Source: Clostridia bacterium
GTDB taxonomy: Bacteria > Bacillota > Clostridia > Oscillospirales > CAG-272
Direction of reading: 5' to 3'
DNA: 55,094 bases
Assembly (NCBI GenBank): GCA_017621695.1
Contig: JAGASP010000033.1
Location: 1 to 55,094 of the forward strand
The notes under the pieces are model-generated. The model was not told where the DNA came from, ran no database searches, and saw only the letters and a list, made by a program, of their open reading frames with translations. Each line of letters opens with the position of its first letter. Positions within the stretch are counted from its first letter, which is position 1. This document shows positions 20,603-30,304 of the stretch, one piece after another. The position numbers and the translations under genes were made by a program.

Positions 20603-20730
20603 ATAAGGGTCAATGCCATGAGTAGGCAGAAAGCGTATCGGAGGCTGACCCTTCCTTGTAACCCGACAGGAATGATCTGACCCTATGCGATATATACGCC
20701 ACCCACTAATTACGAAGGAGGTGCACTGAA

Positions 20731-20865
20731 ATGCTCAGAACTTACCAGCCTAAGAAGAGACAGAGAAAGAAGGAGCACGGCTTCAGAAAGAGAATGAGAA
20801 CTGCTGACGGCAGAAACGTTCTTAAGAGAAGACGCGCTAAGGGCAGAAAGAGACTGACCTATTGA
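20731..20865 (+). CDS. rpmH: 50S ribosomal protein L34 (absent from the ORF track)
   Basis: Manual translation [44 protein letters not shown]; AAGGAGG RBS. Confidence 0.97.
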   Translation: MLRTYQPKKRQRKKEHGFRKRMRTADGRNVLKRRRAKGRKRLTY

Positions 20866-21040
20866 TCCGTGAAATGCGCGGGCACACCTGTGCGCCTGCT
20901 TTCACGCACGGCAGAACCTTGAAGCTGATGTAACGCTGTTTTGTCATAGAAAAACCGCCGATGACTGATGGAACCGGATTTTTCGCTGTGTCTGTCTTTC
21001 CTCGGGGTTTTTTCTTGTCAGGACACGTTCGGTCATTTTG

Positions 21041-21359
21041 AAGAACTTTTCTCGAAAAGTTTCTTATGCGGAGCTTGAGGCAGAGCCTTGAAGCATCATG
21101 GTACAGCTTTTGCCGTGTTCGCCCGTAAGTTAACCGTAAACAATCATTGCTTTCAAAGCTTTTGAAGATTCATAAGAAACTTTTCCCGAAAAGTTTCTTA
21201 TGCGGAGCTTGAGGCAGAGCCTTGAAGCATCATGGTACAGCTTTTGCCGTGTTCGCCCGTAAGTTAACCGTAAACAATCATTGCTTTCAAAGCTTTTGAA
21301 GATTCATAAGAAACTTTTCCTGAAAAGTTTCTTGTGCGGAGTTTGAGGCAGAGCCTCAA
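21041..21359. repeat. 134-bp tandem repeat (~2.3 copies) with internal hairpins
   Basis: GAAAAGTTTCTT..GCGGAG..TGAGGCAGAGCC recurs at 21054, 21188 and 21322. Confidence 0.9.
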
Positions 21360-21370
21360 TGTAAAAAATT

Positions 21371-21799
21371 ATGAAGGATATAGCCATCAAAGAGAATCAT
21401 TTATATCAGAAAACATTTCGCCGCGGACAGAGATGGTCGGGGCGGTTTGTGACGGTCTATATCCTCAAGGATCTTCACGCCAAACGGCTGATGAAGGCAA
21501 ACCCACAGAAGCAGTATCTCAATCGGATCGGTTTGTCGGTTCCCAAACGGGAAGGTGGCGCCGTGGAACGAAACCGCGTCAAACGGATTCTGAGAGCGGG
21601 ACTTGCTGACGTGAGAAAGAAGCACAGGCTGAAGACCGGCTATCTCATCGTGATCTCCGCGAAACCCGGAGCAGAGAAGGAGAAGAGCACGGCCATCGCC
21701 GCTGAGCTTCGCTATTTGTTCAAGAAACTGGATATGCTTGTCTCCCCCGCAGGCACGTCCCAAGCCCCGGAGGGGAAAACACAAACTGATTTGTCATGA
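21371..21799 (+). CDS. rnpA: Ribonuclease P protein component
   Basis: RIGLSV and AVERNRVKR motifs; synteny with rpmH. Confidence 0.93.
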   Translation: MKDIAIKENHLYQKTFRRGQRWSGRFVTVYILKDLHAKRLMKANPQKQYLNRIGLSVPKREGGAVERNRVKRILRAGLADVRKKHRLKTGYLIVISAKPGAEKEKSTAIAAELRYLFKKLDMLVSPAGTSQAPEGKTQTDLS

Positions 21800-22170
21800 A
21801 ACGGGTATTTATGGCGCTCATTCGCTTTTACAGAAAGCGGATCTCCCCCATGAAGCCGCCCTGCTGTCGATTCACCCCCACCTGCTCGGCCTACGCGCTG
21901 GAAGCATTTGAAAAGCGAGGGTGTATGGCGGGGTTTATTCTCATGATCTGGAGGATTTTGCGTTGCAGTCCTCTGTCACCTGCGGGATATGATCCCGTAC
22001 CCGAAACAGGCTTTCGTACCATGCCTATGCGCTGGAGTAAATACCGCGACACCGAGCCGCCCCGCATCCCTTTGGAACGAGACGAAGCACAGAGCGCGGA
22101 TGACCCACAGGATGATCTCGACGCAGAAGCAGGCCTTGAAAGCAATCAAGATCGGTCGGACGAGCCGTAA
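21796..22170 (+). CDS. yidD: Membrane protein insertion efficiency factor
   Basis: [17 protein letters not shown] and GYDPVP motifs. Confidence 0.93.
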   Translation: MKRVFMALIRFYRKRISPMKPPCCRFTPTCSAYALEAFEKRGCMAGFILMIWRILRCSPLSPAGYDPVPETGFRTMPMRWSKYRDTEPPRIPLERDEAQSADDPQDDLDAEAGLESNQDRSDEP

Positions 22171-22257
22171 GGCCTCCGACATACAGCGGCCAAACCATAT
22201 CGAGGAGCCGCACCTGTCCACATTGGACAACCAAAAAAGATTGGATTGGTAGTAAAA

Positions 22258-24411
22258 ATGAAGCATATTTTTTCCAATTCCCGCGCCCCACGCGTATCCG
22301 CCGTGGTGATCAGACTGGTCGCCGCTCTGCTGATCCTTCTCATGATCGGCAGTGTGTTGACCGCTTGCGGCAGCCGTGCGCCTACACAGTTGACCCTCAA
22401 CCCCCAAAACATTACCATCAAGAAGGAGCACAACGTTCCCGGGGAGGACCGCGACAAGATGCTGGAAAGCATCAACGCCTATGAAAAGAAGGCCGGCGAG
22501 CTCAAAGCCGAGATCGCTGCACTTTCTGATCTGGAGGATGCCGCGCTCGTCACCAAGGACAACGTCCTCGCACTCCTGAAGGGAGCATCCGAAGGTTATG
22601 ATATGACCGCTCCCGTTACCTCCGAAACCACCCCCGTTCCCGAAAAGTCCACCGAGTATGCGTATCAGCTCATGGTGAAGCTCGGCCTTGATAACGCCGA
22701 GGCCTTTGAGCGTATGACCCGCTATGATCTGGACTACCTGATCTACGGCGGCGAGGTGACCGACACCCAGCTCAACACGCTGGCCAAGACCATCGCGAGC
22801 TATAAGACCAAGCTCAGCGATCTCGAGGGCGATATCGGCCACTACGAGACCCTGAAAAAGAACGGTAACATGAAGGCCGGTGACACCCTCACGGGTGATC
22901 ACATCAGAGATCAACTCGTGGCTGCGCTCCGCGGCTATGACATGACCGCTCCCGGCTTTGACGACGCCAATCTGCCCGAACCTCAGCCCGAGAAGGCCAC
23001 GGAATTTGCCTACAACGTGCTGGTCAAGCATAAGGTAGATGAGGCTTCTGCGTATGCCTCCATGAGCCATGCCGATCTTGTTGAGCTGATCAACTGCTTC
23101 AAAACCTCTGTTGCCGTGGAGTCCGAAATGGGCTTCTTTACCCTGCTCCAGCACTGGGTCGCTCTGGGCTTTGAATGGCTCATCAACGTCCCCGGCTTCG
23201 GCAGCTTCATTCTGGGTACGGTGTATTTTGCCATCGTGATCGAGATTCTGATGCTCCCCCTGGGTATCCATCAGCAGAAGAACTCCCGTAAGCAGGCACT
23301 TCTCCGCCCCAAGGAGATGGCCATCCGCAAGAAGTACGCAGGCAGAACCGACCAGGCAACCCAGCAGAAGGCCTCCCAGGAGGTTGCTGAGATGTACCAG
23401 AAGGAGGGATTCAGCCCTATGTCGGGTTGTCTCCCCTTGCTTTTGACCTTCCCTGTCATCATCGCACTTTATAACATCGTTATCAACCCCCTCAAGTATA
23501 TGATGGGCGCATCCGACGAGCTGATCGCCGCTATGACCTCCTTTGCCAAGGCTTCCAGAGCCGCGGGCGGTCTGGGCCTGGAGCTCTCCTCGGGCTCGGG
23601 CACCATCGAGCTTCTGTCCATCATCCGCAACCAGGGTCTGACCGACGCGGTTGTGGAGAACCTGCCCACCTTCGACTTCATCCGCATCGCCGAGGGTACG
23701 GTCGAGAGCTTTGCCGATGGCATCGCTCCCATGATGGCGCGTATCCCCGACTTTACCCTGTTGGGTGTCAACTTCGGTCTGACCCCCGGTTTCGCAAACC
23801 CCTGGCTGCTGTTCATCCCTGTTGTGACCTTCGTGCTGTATTTCCTCAGCTCCAAGCTCAACCGCAAGCTGACCTTCCAGCCTACCGCCAACGATCCTCA
23901 GAACGGCTGCTCCAATACCACCATGAACATCTTCATGCCCGGTATGTCTGCCGCCTTTACCTTCATCGTGCCCGGTGCTGTCGGCCTGTATTGGGGCTTT
24001 AAGAGCATCATCGGTATGGCCAAGCAGTTCATCATTGCCAAGGCAATGCCTCTGCCCGTCTTTACCGAGGCTGATTTCAAGGCCGCTGAGAAGGAGCTGG
24101 CTGCCAAGGAAAAGCACCGCCCTGTCAAGAAGAGCGGCACCAAGAATCCCAACATCCGTTCTCTCCATCACATTGATGACGAGGATGACCTCGAGCCCCT
24201 GCCCAAGTCCGGCCCCAAGGCGGATTACGTAGAGGAAGATACGCCAGCACCCGAAGCCAAGGGCGCATATCTCGGCGAGGCGACCCTCAAGGAGGATGAG
24301 CCCGTCCGCAAGCCCAAGGAAAAGAAGTCCAAGAAGAAAAAGGACGAGAGCGAGCCCGTAGATGCTGCCGCAGAATACGTGGCAGATGAACAGAGCGAAA
24401 ACAACGATTGA
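22258..24411 (+). CDS. yidC: YidC/Oxa1 insertase with long duplicated N-terminal external region
   Basis: LTAC lipobox; LMLPL, GCLPLL, LGVNFGLTP and GLYW motifs; synteny; exact start uncertain. Confidence 0.88.
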   Translation: MKHIFSNSRAPRVSAVVIRLVAALLILLMIGSVLTACGSRAPTQLTLNPQNITIKKEHNVPGEDRDKMLESINAYEKKAGELKAEIAALSDLEDAALVTKDNVLALLKGASEGYDMTAPVTSETTPVPEKSTEYAYQLMVKLGLDNAEAFERMTRYDLDYLIYGGEVTDTQLNTLAKTIASYKTKLSDLEGDIGHYETLKKNGNMKAGDTLTGDHIRDQLVAALRGYDMTAPGFDDANLPEPQPEKATEFAYNVLVKHKVDEASAYASMSHADLVELINCFKTSVAVESEMGFFTLLQHWVALGFEWLINVPGFGSFILGTVYFAIVIEILMLPLGIHQQKNSRKQALLRPKEMAIRKKYAGRTDQATQQKASQEVAEMYQKEGFSPMSGCLPLLLTFPVIIALYNIVINPLKYMMGASDELIAAMTSFAKASRAAGGLGLELSSGSGTIELLSIIRNQGLTDAVVENLPTFDFIRIAEGTVESFADGIAPMMARIPDFTLLGVNFGLTPGFANPWLLFIPVVTFVLYFLSSKLNRKLTFQPTANDPQNGCSNTTMNIFMPGMSAAFTFIVPGAVGLYWGFKSIIGMAKQFIIAKAMPLPVFTEADFKAAEKELAAKEKHRPVKKSGTKNPNIRSLHHIDDEDDLEPLPKSGPKADYVEEDTPAPEAKGAYLGEATLKEDEPVRKPKEKKSKKKKDESEPVDAAAEYVADEQSENND

Positions 24412-24445
24412 CCAAATTTCATATCAGATAAGGATATCAAACGAC

Positions 24446-25609
24446 ATGAAAAAAGAAATTGAAGTCAGCGCCAAGACAAAGGAAGAGGCCATTGCGAAAG
24501 CGGTGGAAGAGCTGGGTGCACCCGGCGAGTCTGCGCTGTTTATCACTGTTATCAACGAAGGCAGAAAGGGCTTTCTGGGCTTTGGCTCGGTAGACGCGAC
24601 CATCAAGGCCGTCTATCAGATCCCCGATGCTCCTGCCGAGAAGAAGGAGCGCCGCGATCGTTCGGATCGTCGCGATCGCCGCGACCGCAAGGGCAACCGC
24701 TCGGATCGCGCACCCCGCGCCGTCGAAAATGCCGCCGAAGCAACCGAGGCAGAATCTGCCGAGCATCAGCCCGGTGAGCTGCCCGTTCGTCAGCCCAAGA
24801 ACCGCCAGAATCCCCCCAAGCCCCGTAAGACCTACGAAAACGTGGATCCCGCAACCGTCAAGGAGAGCGAGCGCATGGCTTATGCCTTCATCACCAACCT
24901 TGTGGCCAACATGGGTCTTGCCGACGTGGTCATCGCTATGCATCCCGGCGACAACGACGATATGGTCATCACGGTGGACGGCGAAGCCGCAGGCGTGCTG
25001 ATCGGCCATCACGGTGAGACGCTGGACGCCCTCCAGTACCTTGCCAACCTCGCTGCCAACAAGAAGGAAGAGGGAGAAAAGAGAGAATACGCTCGCATCA
25101 CGGTGGACGTAGAGGCTTACCGCGCAAAGCGTGAGGATGCCCTCCGCGCACTGGCGCGCAAGAAGGCCAATCAGGTGCTTAAGTATAAGAAGAGCATCAT
25201 GCTGGAGCCCATGAATCCCTATGAGCGCCGCATCATCCACTCCGAGATCCAGCACATGGACGGTGTCACCACCAATTCCATCGGTACGGATAACAACCGC
25301 CGCATCGTCATTTTCCTGGAGGACGAGGGTATGCCCGAGGGACAGGCTGTCAAGACCGAAAAGTCCGGTCGCTCCCGTAGCCGCAACCGCCGCAAGAGCA
25401 GCTCTGCGATGGTCGATCCGTTGGCAGGCTCCGGCCGCGTGATGCCCACGACCTCTACCTTTGATGAGGATGACGTAAAGGATCCCTTTGACATCGACCT
25501 CTCTGCCGCTACCTACTCCGAGGAGGATGAGGAAGCCGTGGCAGAAGCTCCTGTGAAGGACGATCTGTTCGCAACGCCCGATCTTTCGGACAGCGAGGAT
25601 AACGCATAA
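24446..25609 (+). CDS. jag: RNA-binding protein Jag/EloR (Jag_N, KH, R3H)
   Basis: KGFLGFG, LIGHHGETLDALQYL and PMNPYERRIIH motifs. Confidence 0.93.
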   Translation: MKKEIEVSAKTKEEAIAKAVEELGAPGESALFITVINEGRKGFLGFGSVDATIKAVYQIPDAPAEKKERRDRSDRRDRRDRKGNRSDRAPRAVENAAEATEAESAEHQPGELPVRQPKNRQNPPKPRKTYENVDPATVKESERMAYAFITNLVANMGLADVVIAMHPGDNDDMVITVDGEAAGVLIGHHGETLDALQYLANLAANKKEEGEKREYARITVDVEAYRAKREDALRALARKKANQVLKYKKSIMLEPMNPYERRIIHSEIQHMDGVTTNSIGTDNNRRIVIFLEDEGMPEGQAVKTEKSGRSRSRNRRKSSSAMVDPLAGSGRVMPTTSTFDEDDVKDPFDIDLSAATYSEEDEEAVAEAPVKDDLFATPDLSDSEDNA

Positions 25610-25641
25610 TTATCGGATAGACACGAGTTCCGTCCGACCCT

Positions 25642-25672
25642 TGGCAAGCAGGGAATATCCCCTGCTTGCCGA
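25642..25672 (+). terminator. Hairpin after jag
   Basis: GGCAAGCAGGG-loop-CCCTGCTTGCC; no strong T tract. Confidence 0.5.
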
Positions 25673-25734
25673 TTCCCATCGGCGGAAGTCTCGGATATAT
25701 TTCCCAGGACTTCCGTTTGATTTTCCGAAAACTG

Positions 25735-25763
25735 TTGACAAGACAACATCTTTGTGTTATGAT
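25735..25763 (+). promoter_or_regulatory. sigma-A promoter of mnmE
   Basis: TTGACA-17-TATGAT with TG. Confidence 0.75.
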
Positions 25764-25792
25764 AAAGATGACCCAACGGAAGAAGGTATATC

Positions 25793-27208
25793 ATGCACTG
25801 TTTTGATACCATTGCTGCGGTCAGCACCCCCTTTGGTAAGGGCGGCGTGGCGGTGATCCGCTTGTCGGGTTCTGAGGCCATATCCGTGACCGACAAGATC
25901 TTTCGACCCAAATCCAAAAGATATGCGTCCCTCGCAGAAGCTCCTGTGCGATCGATGGTCTATGGAGAGATCTTCTCTCCGGATGATCCCGAACGCGTAT
26001 TGGACGATGTGCTGTGCGCCTATTTTCCCGCGCCCAACTCTTTTACGGGGGAGGACGTGGTGGAGATCTCCTGCCACGGCGGTGTTCTCGTGACCCGCAG
26101 TGTGCTTTCGGCCTGTCTCATGGCAGGTGCGCGTGCCGCTGAGGCCGGTGAATATACGCGCCGTGCCTATCTGAACGGCAAGATGTCTCTCCCCGAAGCC
26201 GAAGCGCTCGGTAACCTGCTGGAGGCTGGAAACGACGAGCAGCTGCGCCTCGCCCGTTCAGGCATGAAAGGGCATCTTTGCAAGGCCATGGAGGAGATCT
26301 ACGGAAGAATTCTTACGATCCTTGCCAATCTGGAGGTCGGCATGGATTTCCCCGAGGAGGATCTTACGGAGATTCCCCGCGAGGATATGATCCTGCTCCT
26401 GCAAGGCATTCGGGTCGAGCTTGAACGGCTACAGGAGACCTACCGCACGGGGCACGCCATCGCCGAGGGTGTGCCGACCGTCATTGTTGGCCGCCCCAAC
26501 GCGGGAAAATCCGCGCTGTATAACCGCTTGGTCGGGCGAGAAGCCGCCATCGTGACGGATATTGCGGGCACGACCCGCGACGTTTTGTCAGAAACCGTCT
26601 CTCTCGGTCGCGTGACGTTGCGCCTGTCGGATACTGCGGGTTTGCGTGAAACAGAGGATCCTGTGGAGCGCATCGGTGTCACGCGCGCCCAAAACGCCTT
26701 GGATGAGGCGGAATTGGTGCTCGCGCTGTTTGATGGAGCTTCTCCCGCCACAAAAGAGGATATACAATTGCTCCGTACCCTGCAGGATATGACACGGCAG
26801 GGGAAGCAGATCGTATATATTCTGACCAAAAAGGATCTTTGGCAAGAGCAGGAGCAGCCTCCGTTTGGAACACCCGAAACCGCCACAGGTCTTGGCTTTA
26901 TGCCGTTCTCGGCTACGAGCGGATATGGCATGGAAACCCTGACTTCCGTTGTGGAGGATCTGTTCATCGACGGCAGCCTGGACACGGGGGTATCGGCCAT
27001 CGTATTCAGCGCCCGGCAGCATACCGCCCTGACGCAAGGCTATGCGGCGCTCACAAGAGCCATCGACGCGCTTTCGGGATACCTGCCCTATGATCTTTGC
27101 GCTGAGGACATCCGCGATGCACTGGCCGCGCTTGGCGAGCTGTCGGGTCACAGCGTCAGAGAGGAAGTCATTTCCGAGATTTTTCATAAGTTTTGTGTGG
27201 GAAAATAA
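25793..27208 (+). CDS. mnmE: tRNA modification GTPase MnmE
   Basis: SFTGEDVVEISCHGG, GRPNAGKS, GTTRD, DTAG and FCVGK motifs. Confidence 0.97.
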   Translation: MHCFDTIAAVSTPFGKGGVAVIRLSGSEAISVTDKIFRPKSKRYASLAEAPVRSMVYGEIFSPDDPERVLDDVLCAYFPAPNSFTGEDVVEISCHGGVLVTRSVLSACLMAGARAAEAGEYTRRAYLNGKMSLPEAEALGNLLEAGNDEQLRLARSGMKGHLCKAMEEIYGRILTILANLEVGMDFPEEDLTEIPREDMILLLQGIRVELERLQETYRTGHAIAEGVPTVIVGRPNAGKSALYNRLVGREAAIVTDIAGTTRDVLSETVSLGRVTLRLSDTAGLRETEDPVERIGVTRAQNALDEAELVLALFDGASPATKEDIQLLRTLQDMTRQGKQIVYILTKKDLWQEQEQPPFGTPETATGLGFMPFSATSGYGMETLTSVVEDLFIDGSLDTGVSAIVFSARQHTALTQGYAALTRAIDALSGYLPYDLCAEDIRDALAALGELSGHSVREEVISEIFHKFCVGK

Positions 27209-27359
27209 GGTCACCTCTAAAAGCTCTCTCGATGAAAAATCCGTGGTGATTTTTCCGTCCACAGAGTTTGAAATGTTCCCATAAGTTTGTTATTTCAAAT
27301 CCCCATTCAATTTTTCATAAGTTCTGCGTGGGATGTGATGTCCCGAAAGGAGTTTGTAT

Positions 27360-29105
27360 ATGGAAAAAAACAAGCATAAGCCCATGAACCGCCGCCGTCT
27401 CGTGCGTTCCCTGCCGCACATCTGGGATGTCGTTGATCTTGTGGACGTTATCAATAAGCATGGCGACCGCATCTGCTTCCGTTATTTTGAGGGCAGAGAA
27501 ATTCACTCCATGACCTATGCCGAGTTCGGCAATATGATCCACGAGACTGCCGCCGCCTTCAACGCGATGGATCTCGCGGGCCAAAAGATCGTGGTCATCG
27601 GCGACAACTCCCCCCGCTGGCTCTGCACCTACCTTGCCGCGCTTGCGTCCGGGTGCGTCATCGTCCCCATGGATAAGGAGCTGGATATCGAAGAGATCCG
27701 TAAGTTCTTTGGGGTCGTGGATGCCAAAGCCGTGGTATACGGCAAGACCTTTAACGAAAAATTCATCAAGTCCATCGAGGCGGATGACACAGGCATCCAG
27801 TATTTCGTGCCCATGGTGCCTGCCTACAACAGCGATTTTGACCATAAGGTCATCACCTATGATGAGGTGCTCCAACTGGGTCGCGAGCGTATCGAGCGCG
27901 AGGGCTATGACTATCCTCTGCTCCACAACCGCGAGGAGCTGGCGGAAATGCTGTTTACGTCGGGTACGACGGGTACTTCCAAGTGCGTGATGCTCTGCCA
28001 GAAAAACATTTTCTCGGTGGTCAACGCCGCGCTTGAGTCGGTGTGCTTCTATCCGGATGACGTGATGGTATCGGTGCTTCCCGTGCACCACACCTACGAG
28101 CTGATGTGCCTGATGGCCGAGATGGTGCTGGGTATCGAGATCTGTATCAATGACTCTCTCAGCCACGTCATGAGAAACTTCAAGCTCTTCAAGCCTACGG
28201 GACTTGTGCTGGTGCCCCTGTTCCTCAACACCATGTATAAGAAGATCTGGTCCGAAGCCGAAAAGTCGGGACGTGACAAGGCGCTCAAGACGGGACTGGC
28301 GCTCTCCAAGACCCTTTTGTCTGTGGGTATTGACAAGCGCCGCAGTATTTTCAAGGCGGTGCACGAGGCGTTTGGCGGCCGCTTGGATCGCATCATCTGC
28401 GGCGGTGCCAAGCTCAACCCCGATCTGATCGCCGCGTTTGAAGATTTCGGCATCTGCGTCTGCGAGGGCTTTGGCATCACCGAATGTTCTCCCCTTGCCA
28501 GCGTGGACAGATATTATAACCGCAAGTGGGGCTCTGTCGGCCCTGCCGTATCTGCCTGCCGCATCCGTGTATCCGAGGAATTCTCCGACGGTACCCTCAA
28601 TGAAAAGGGCTTTATGGAGGGTGAATTGCAGGTCAAGGGCGACAACGTCATGTTGGGATATTACAACAATCCCGAAGCCAACGAGGCCGCGTTCACCAAG
28701 GACGGTTGGTATCGCACGGGCGACGTAGGTTATATGGACGAAGATGGCTACGTGTTCATCACGGGTCGTTGCAAGTCGGTCATCGTTTTGGAAAACGGGA
28801 AAAACGTGTTCCCCGAGGAGATCGAGGAATACCTCTACCAGATCGAAACCATCTCTGAGGTCGTTGTGGTGGGACGCAAGGCCAAGGACAGCGATGAGAT
28901 CATCCTGACCGCCGTGGTTTATGCCAACGAGGAGAAATTCCCCACAGGGGCTACCAAGGAGCTGATTCAGGAATCCATCCGTAATTCCATCAACCAGACC
29001 AACCGCCGCCTGCCTACCTTCAAGCAGATCAAGGCCGTGGAGCTGAGAGATACCGAGTTTGAAAAGACGCCTACCAAGAAGATCAAGAGATTCCTTGTGA
29101 AATAA
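27360..29105 (+). CDS. Long-chain fatty-acid--CoA ligase (AMP-binding family)
   Basis: FTSGTTGTSK, GFGITE, YRTGD and GKNVFPEEIE motifs; AAGGAG RBS. Confidence 0.88.
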   Translation: MEKNKHKPMNRRRLVRSLPHIWDVVDLVDVINKHGDRICFRYFEGREIHSMTYAEFGNMIHETAAAFNAMDLAGQKIVVIGDNSPRWLCTYLAALASGCVIVPMDKELDIEEIRKFFGVVDAKAVVYGKTFNEKFIKSIEADDTGIQYFVPMVPAYNSDFDHKVITYDEVLQLGRERIEREGYDYPLLHNREELAEMLFTSGTTGTSKCVMLCQKNIFSVVNAALESVCFYPDDVMVSVLPVHHTYELMCLMAEMVLGIEICINDSLSHVMRNFKLFKPTGLVLVPLFLNTMYKKIWSEAEKSGRDKALKTGLALSKTLLSVGIDKRRSIFKAVHEAFGGRLDRIICGGAKLNPDLIAAFEDFGICVCEGFGITECSPLASVDRYYNRKWGSVGPAVSACRIRVSEEFSDGTLNEKGFMEGELQVKGDNVMLGYYNNPEANEAAFTKDGWYRTGDVGYMDEDGYVFITGRCKSVIVLENGKNVFPEEIEEYLYQIETISEVVVVGRKAKDSDEIILTAVVYANEEKFPTGATKELIQESIRNSINQTNRRLPTFKQIKAVELRDTEFEKTPTKKIKRFLVK

Positions 29106-29453
29106 ATTGTTGTTTAGCGGGCTAAGGGGGTGCAGGGGCGCAGCCCCTGCACCTCACAATGGCGGCCGGCAGTGCCGAGGGCGGCCGTGAGCGCCTCGGC
29201 GCGCGGCGGAAGCCGCAAGAAGGTTTTTGAAAGACAAAATTGATGTTGGGAAAACCTTTCGAAAACCTTATTTTTCCTTGTAGTGCAAGGAAGTTTTGCT
29301 CCGCAAAACAATTTTTATTTGATTCAGGGCGCTCAAGGCCGCCCCCGAAACCGCCGGCCGTTCTCATAGGTTCTGGGGGCTTCGCCCCCAGAACCCCCAT
29401 CGGTCATCCGACACCCAAGAGGTGTGGGGTTTACCCCGCTAAACAACAATTTA
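29103..29453. mobile_element. 351-bp MITE-like fold-back element with 19-bp terminal inverted repeats
   Basis: TAAATTGTTGTTTAGCGGG (29103-29121) and CCCGCTAAACAACAATTTA (29435-29453); TA at both ends; no credible ORF. Confidence 0.8.
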
Positions 29454-29558
29454 GAGCTCATACTCCCCATCGGGTGATACCCTTCCGTCACGGAGAGCGT
29501 TACGCGATATTGGCCACGGGCACTGCCCGCTAAACAATGCAAAATAGCCGAATATTTC

Positions 29559-29606
29559 TGCAAACAAAAAAGACTTGGAAAAACATCCAAGTCTTTTTTG
29601 TTTGCA
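29559..29606. terminator. Bidirectional terminator (6S RNA / acyl-CoA ligase side)
   Basis: TGCAAACAAAAAAGACTTGGA-loop-TCCAAGTCTTTTTTGTTTGCA. Confidence 0.85.
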
Positions 29607-29612
29607 AGGTTT

Positions 29613-29875
29613 ATAATGCCTCCGGCACGAAAACCTTTCTTTTAAAGTCCCGCAAAGCCGTGTACACAAATGGTGGAACCCTGTTTGTTCAGGGCGGTGA
29701 CCTATCCGCCGCTTTACTGCTCCCAGCATCCGCTCACGTGTCGGGACAAGTCAACCGATGCACGGAACGGGAGGTCTGCAAACCACAGCGTGAGTCGGTC
29801 TCCTTTCATCAGATGTGGGTCACAAACTCGTATATCACGCACTCCGCAGGATAAAACCAGCTTATGCAGTTGTGG
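29613..29875 (-). ncRNA. ssrS: 6S RNA (core ~29648-29851)
   Basis: Own consensus promoter and terminator, no credible ORF; closing stem UCCUGCGGAGU/GCUUUGCGGGA, outer CGGCAC/GUGCCG; UGACC..GGAG, AAGCGGC and CCCUG-loop-CAGGGUUC features recalled from clostridial 6S RNAs. Confidence 0.75.
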
Positions 29876-29880
29876 TGCCG

Positions 29881-29909
29881 ATTATACCGAAAAATATGAA
29901 ATCAGTCAA
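29881..29909 (-). promoter_or_regulatory. sigma-A promoter of the 6S RNA
   Basis: TTGACT-17-TATAAT; the -35 overlaps the end of the DUF1292 gene. Confidence 0.8.
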
Positions 29910-30225
29910 CGTTGACGTCGTAGTCAGCCTCGTCGGAGAACATATCGTCGAAGTAGTCGGCCACGTCGTCGAACTCGTCATCGTCGTCAACCGTGACAAG
30001 AATGTCCTCGCCGTCCTCGTCCTTCTCGGCCTTGAGAATGACATACTCACATACGCCGTCCTCGGGCTGATCGTCCACGGGAACCATGGCGTAGTACATC
30101 TGGCCGTTGAGCTCAGCGGAACCGATGACTTCGAACTGCAGCTCGTTGCCGTCCTCGTCGGTCAGGGTATAGAACTCACCCTGCAGTGCATCCTCGTTTT
30201 CGGGGATCATGTTTTTCTCATCCAT
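29902..30225 (-). CDS. DUF1292 domain protein
   Basis: Acidic; YTLTDEDGNELQFEVI, YYAMVP and DDDEFDDV pattern. Confidence 0.85.
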   Translation of the reverse strand: MDEKNMIPENEDALQGEFYTLTDEDGNELQFEVIGSAELNGQMYYAMVPVDDQPEDGVCEYVILKAEKDEDGEDILVTVDDDDEFDDVADYFDDMFSDEADYDVNVD

Positions 30226-30304
30226 GGGATAGTCCATCCTTTCTATCGTTGGGGCAACGCTTGCCCTTGTGCTTTAAGTGGCAGAGGAATGACCTCTCGC
30301 TTAT

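Noticed and set aside
20353-20730. oriC next to rpmH
   Set aside because: No DnaA-box cluster and no dnaA seen
21041-21359. CRISPR array
   Set aside because: 134-bp identical units with no spacers
29114-29915. Small ORFs over the MITE and 6S region (also 33170-33665)
   Set aside because: They overlap repeats or structured RNA and lack protein-like features
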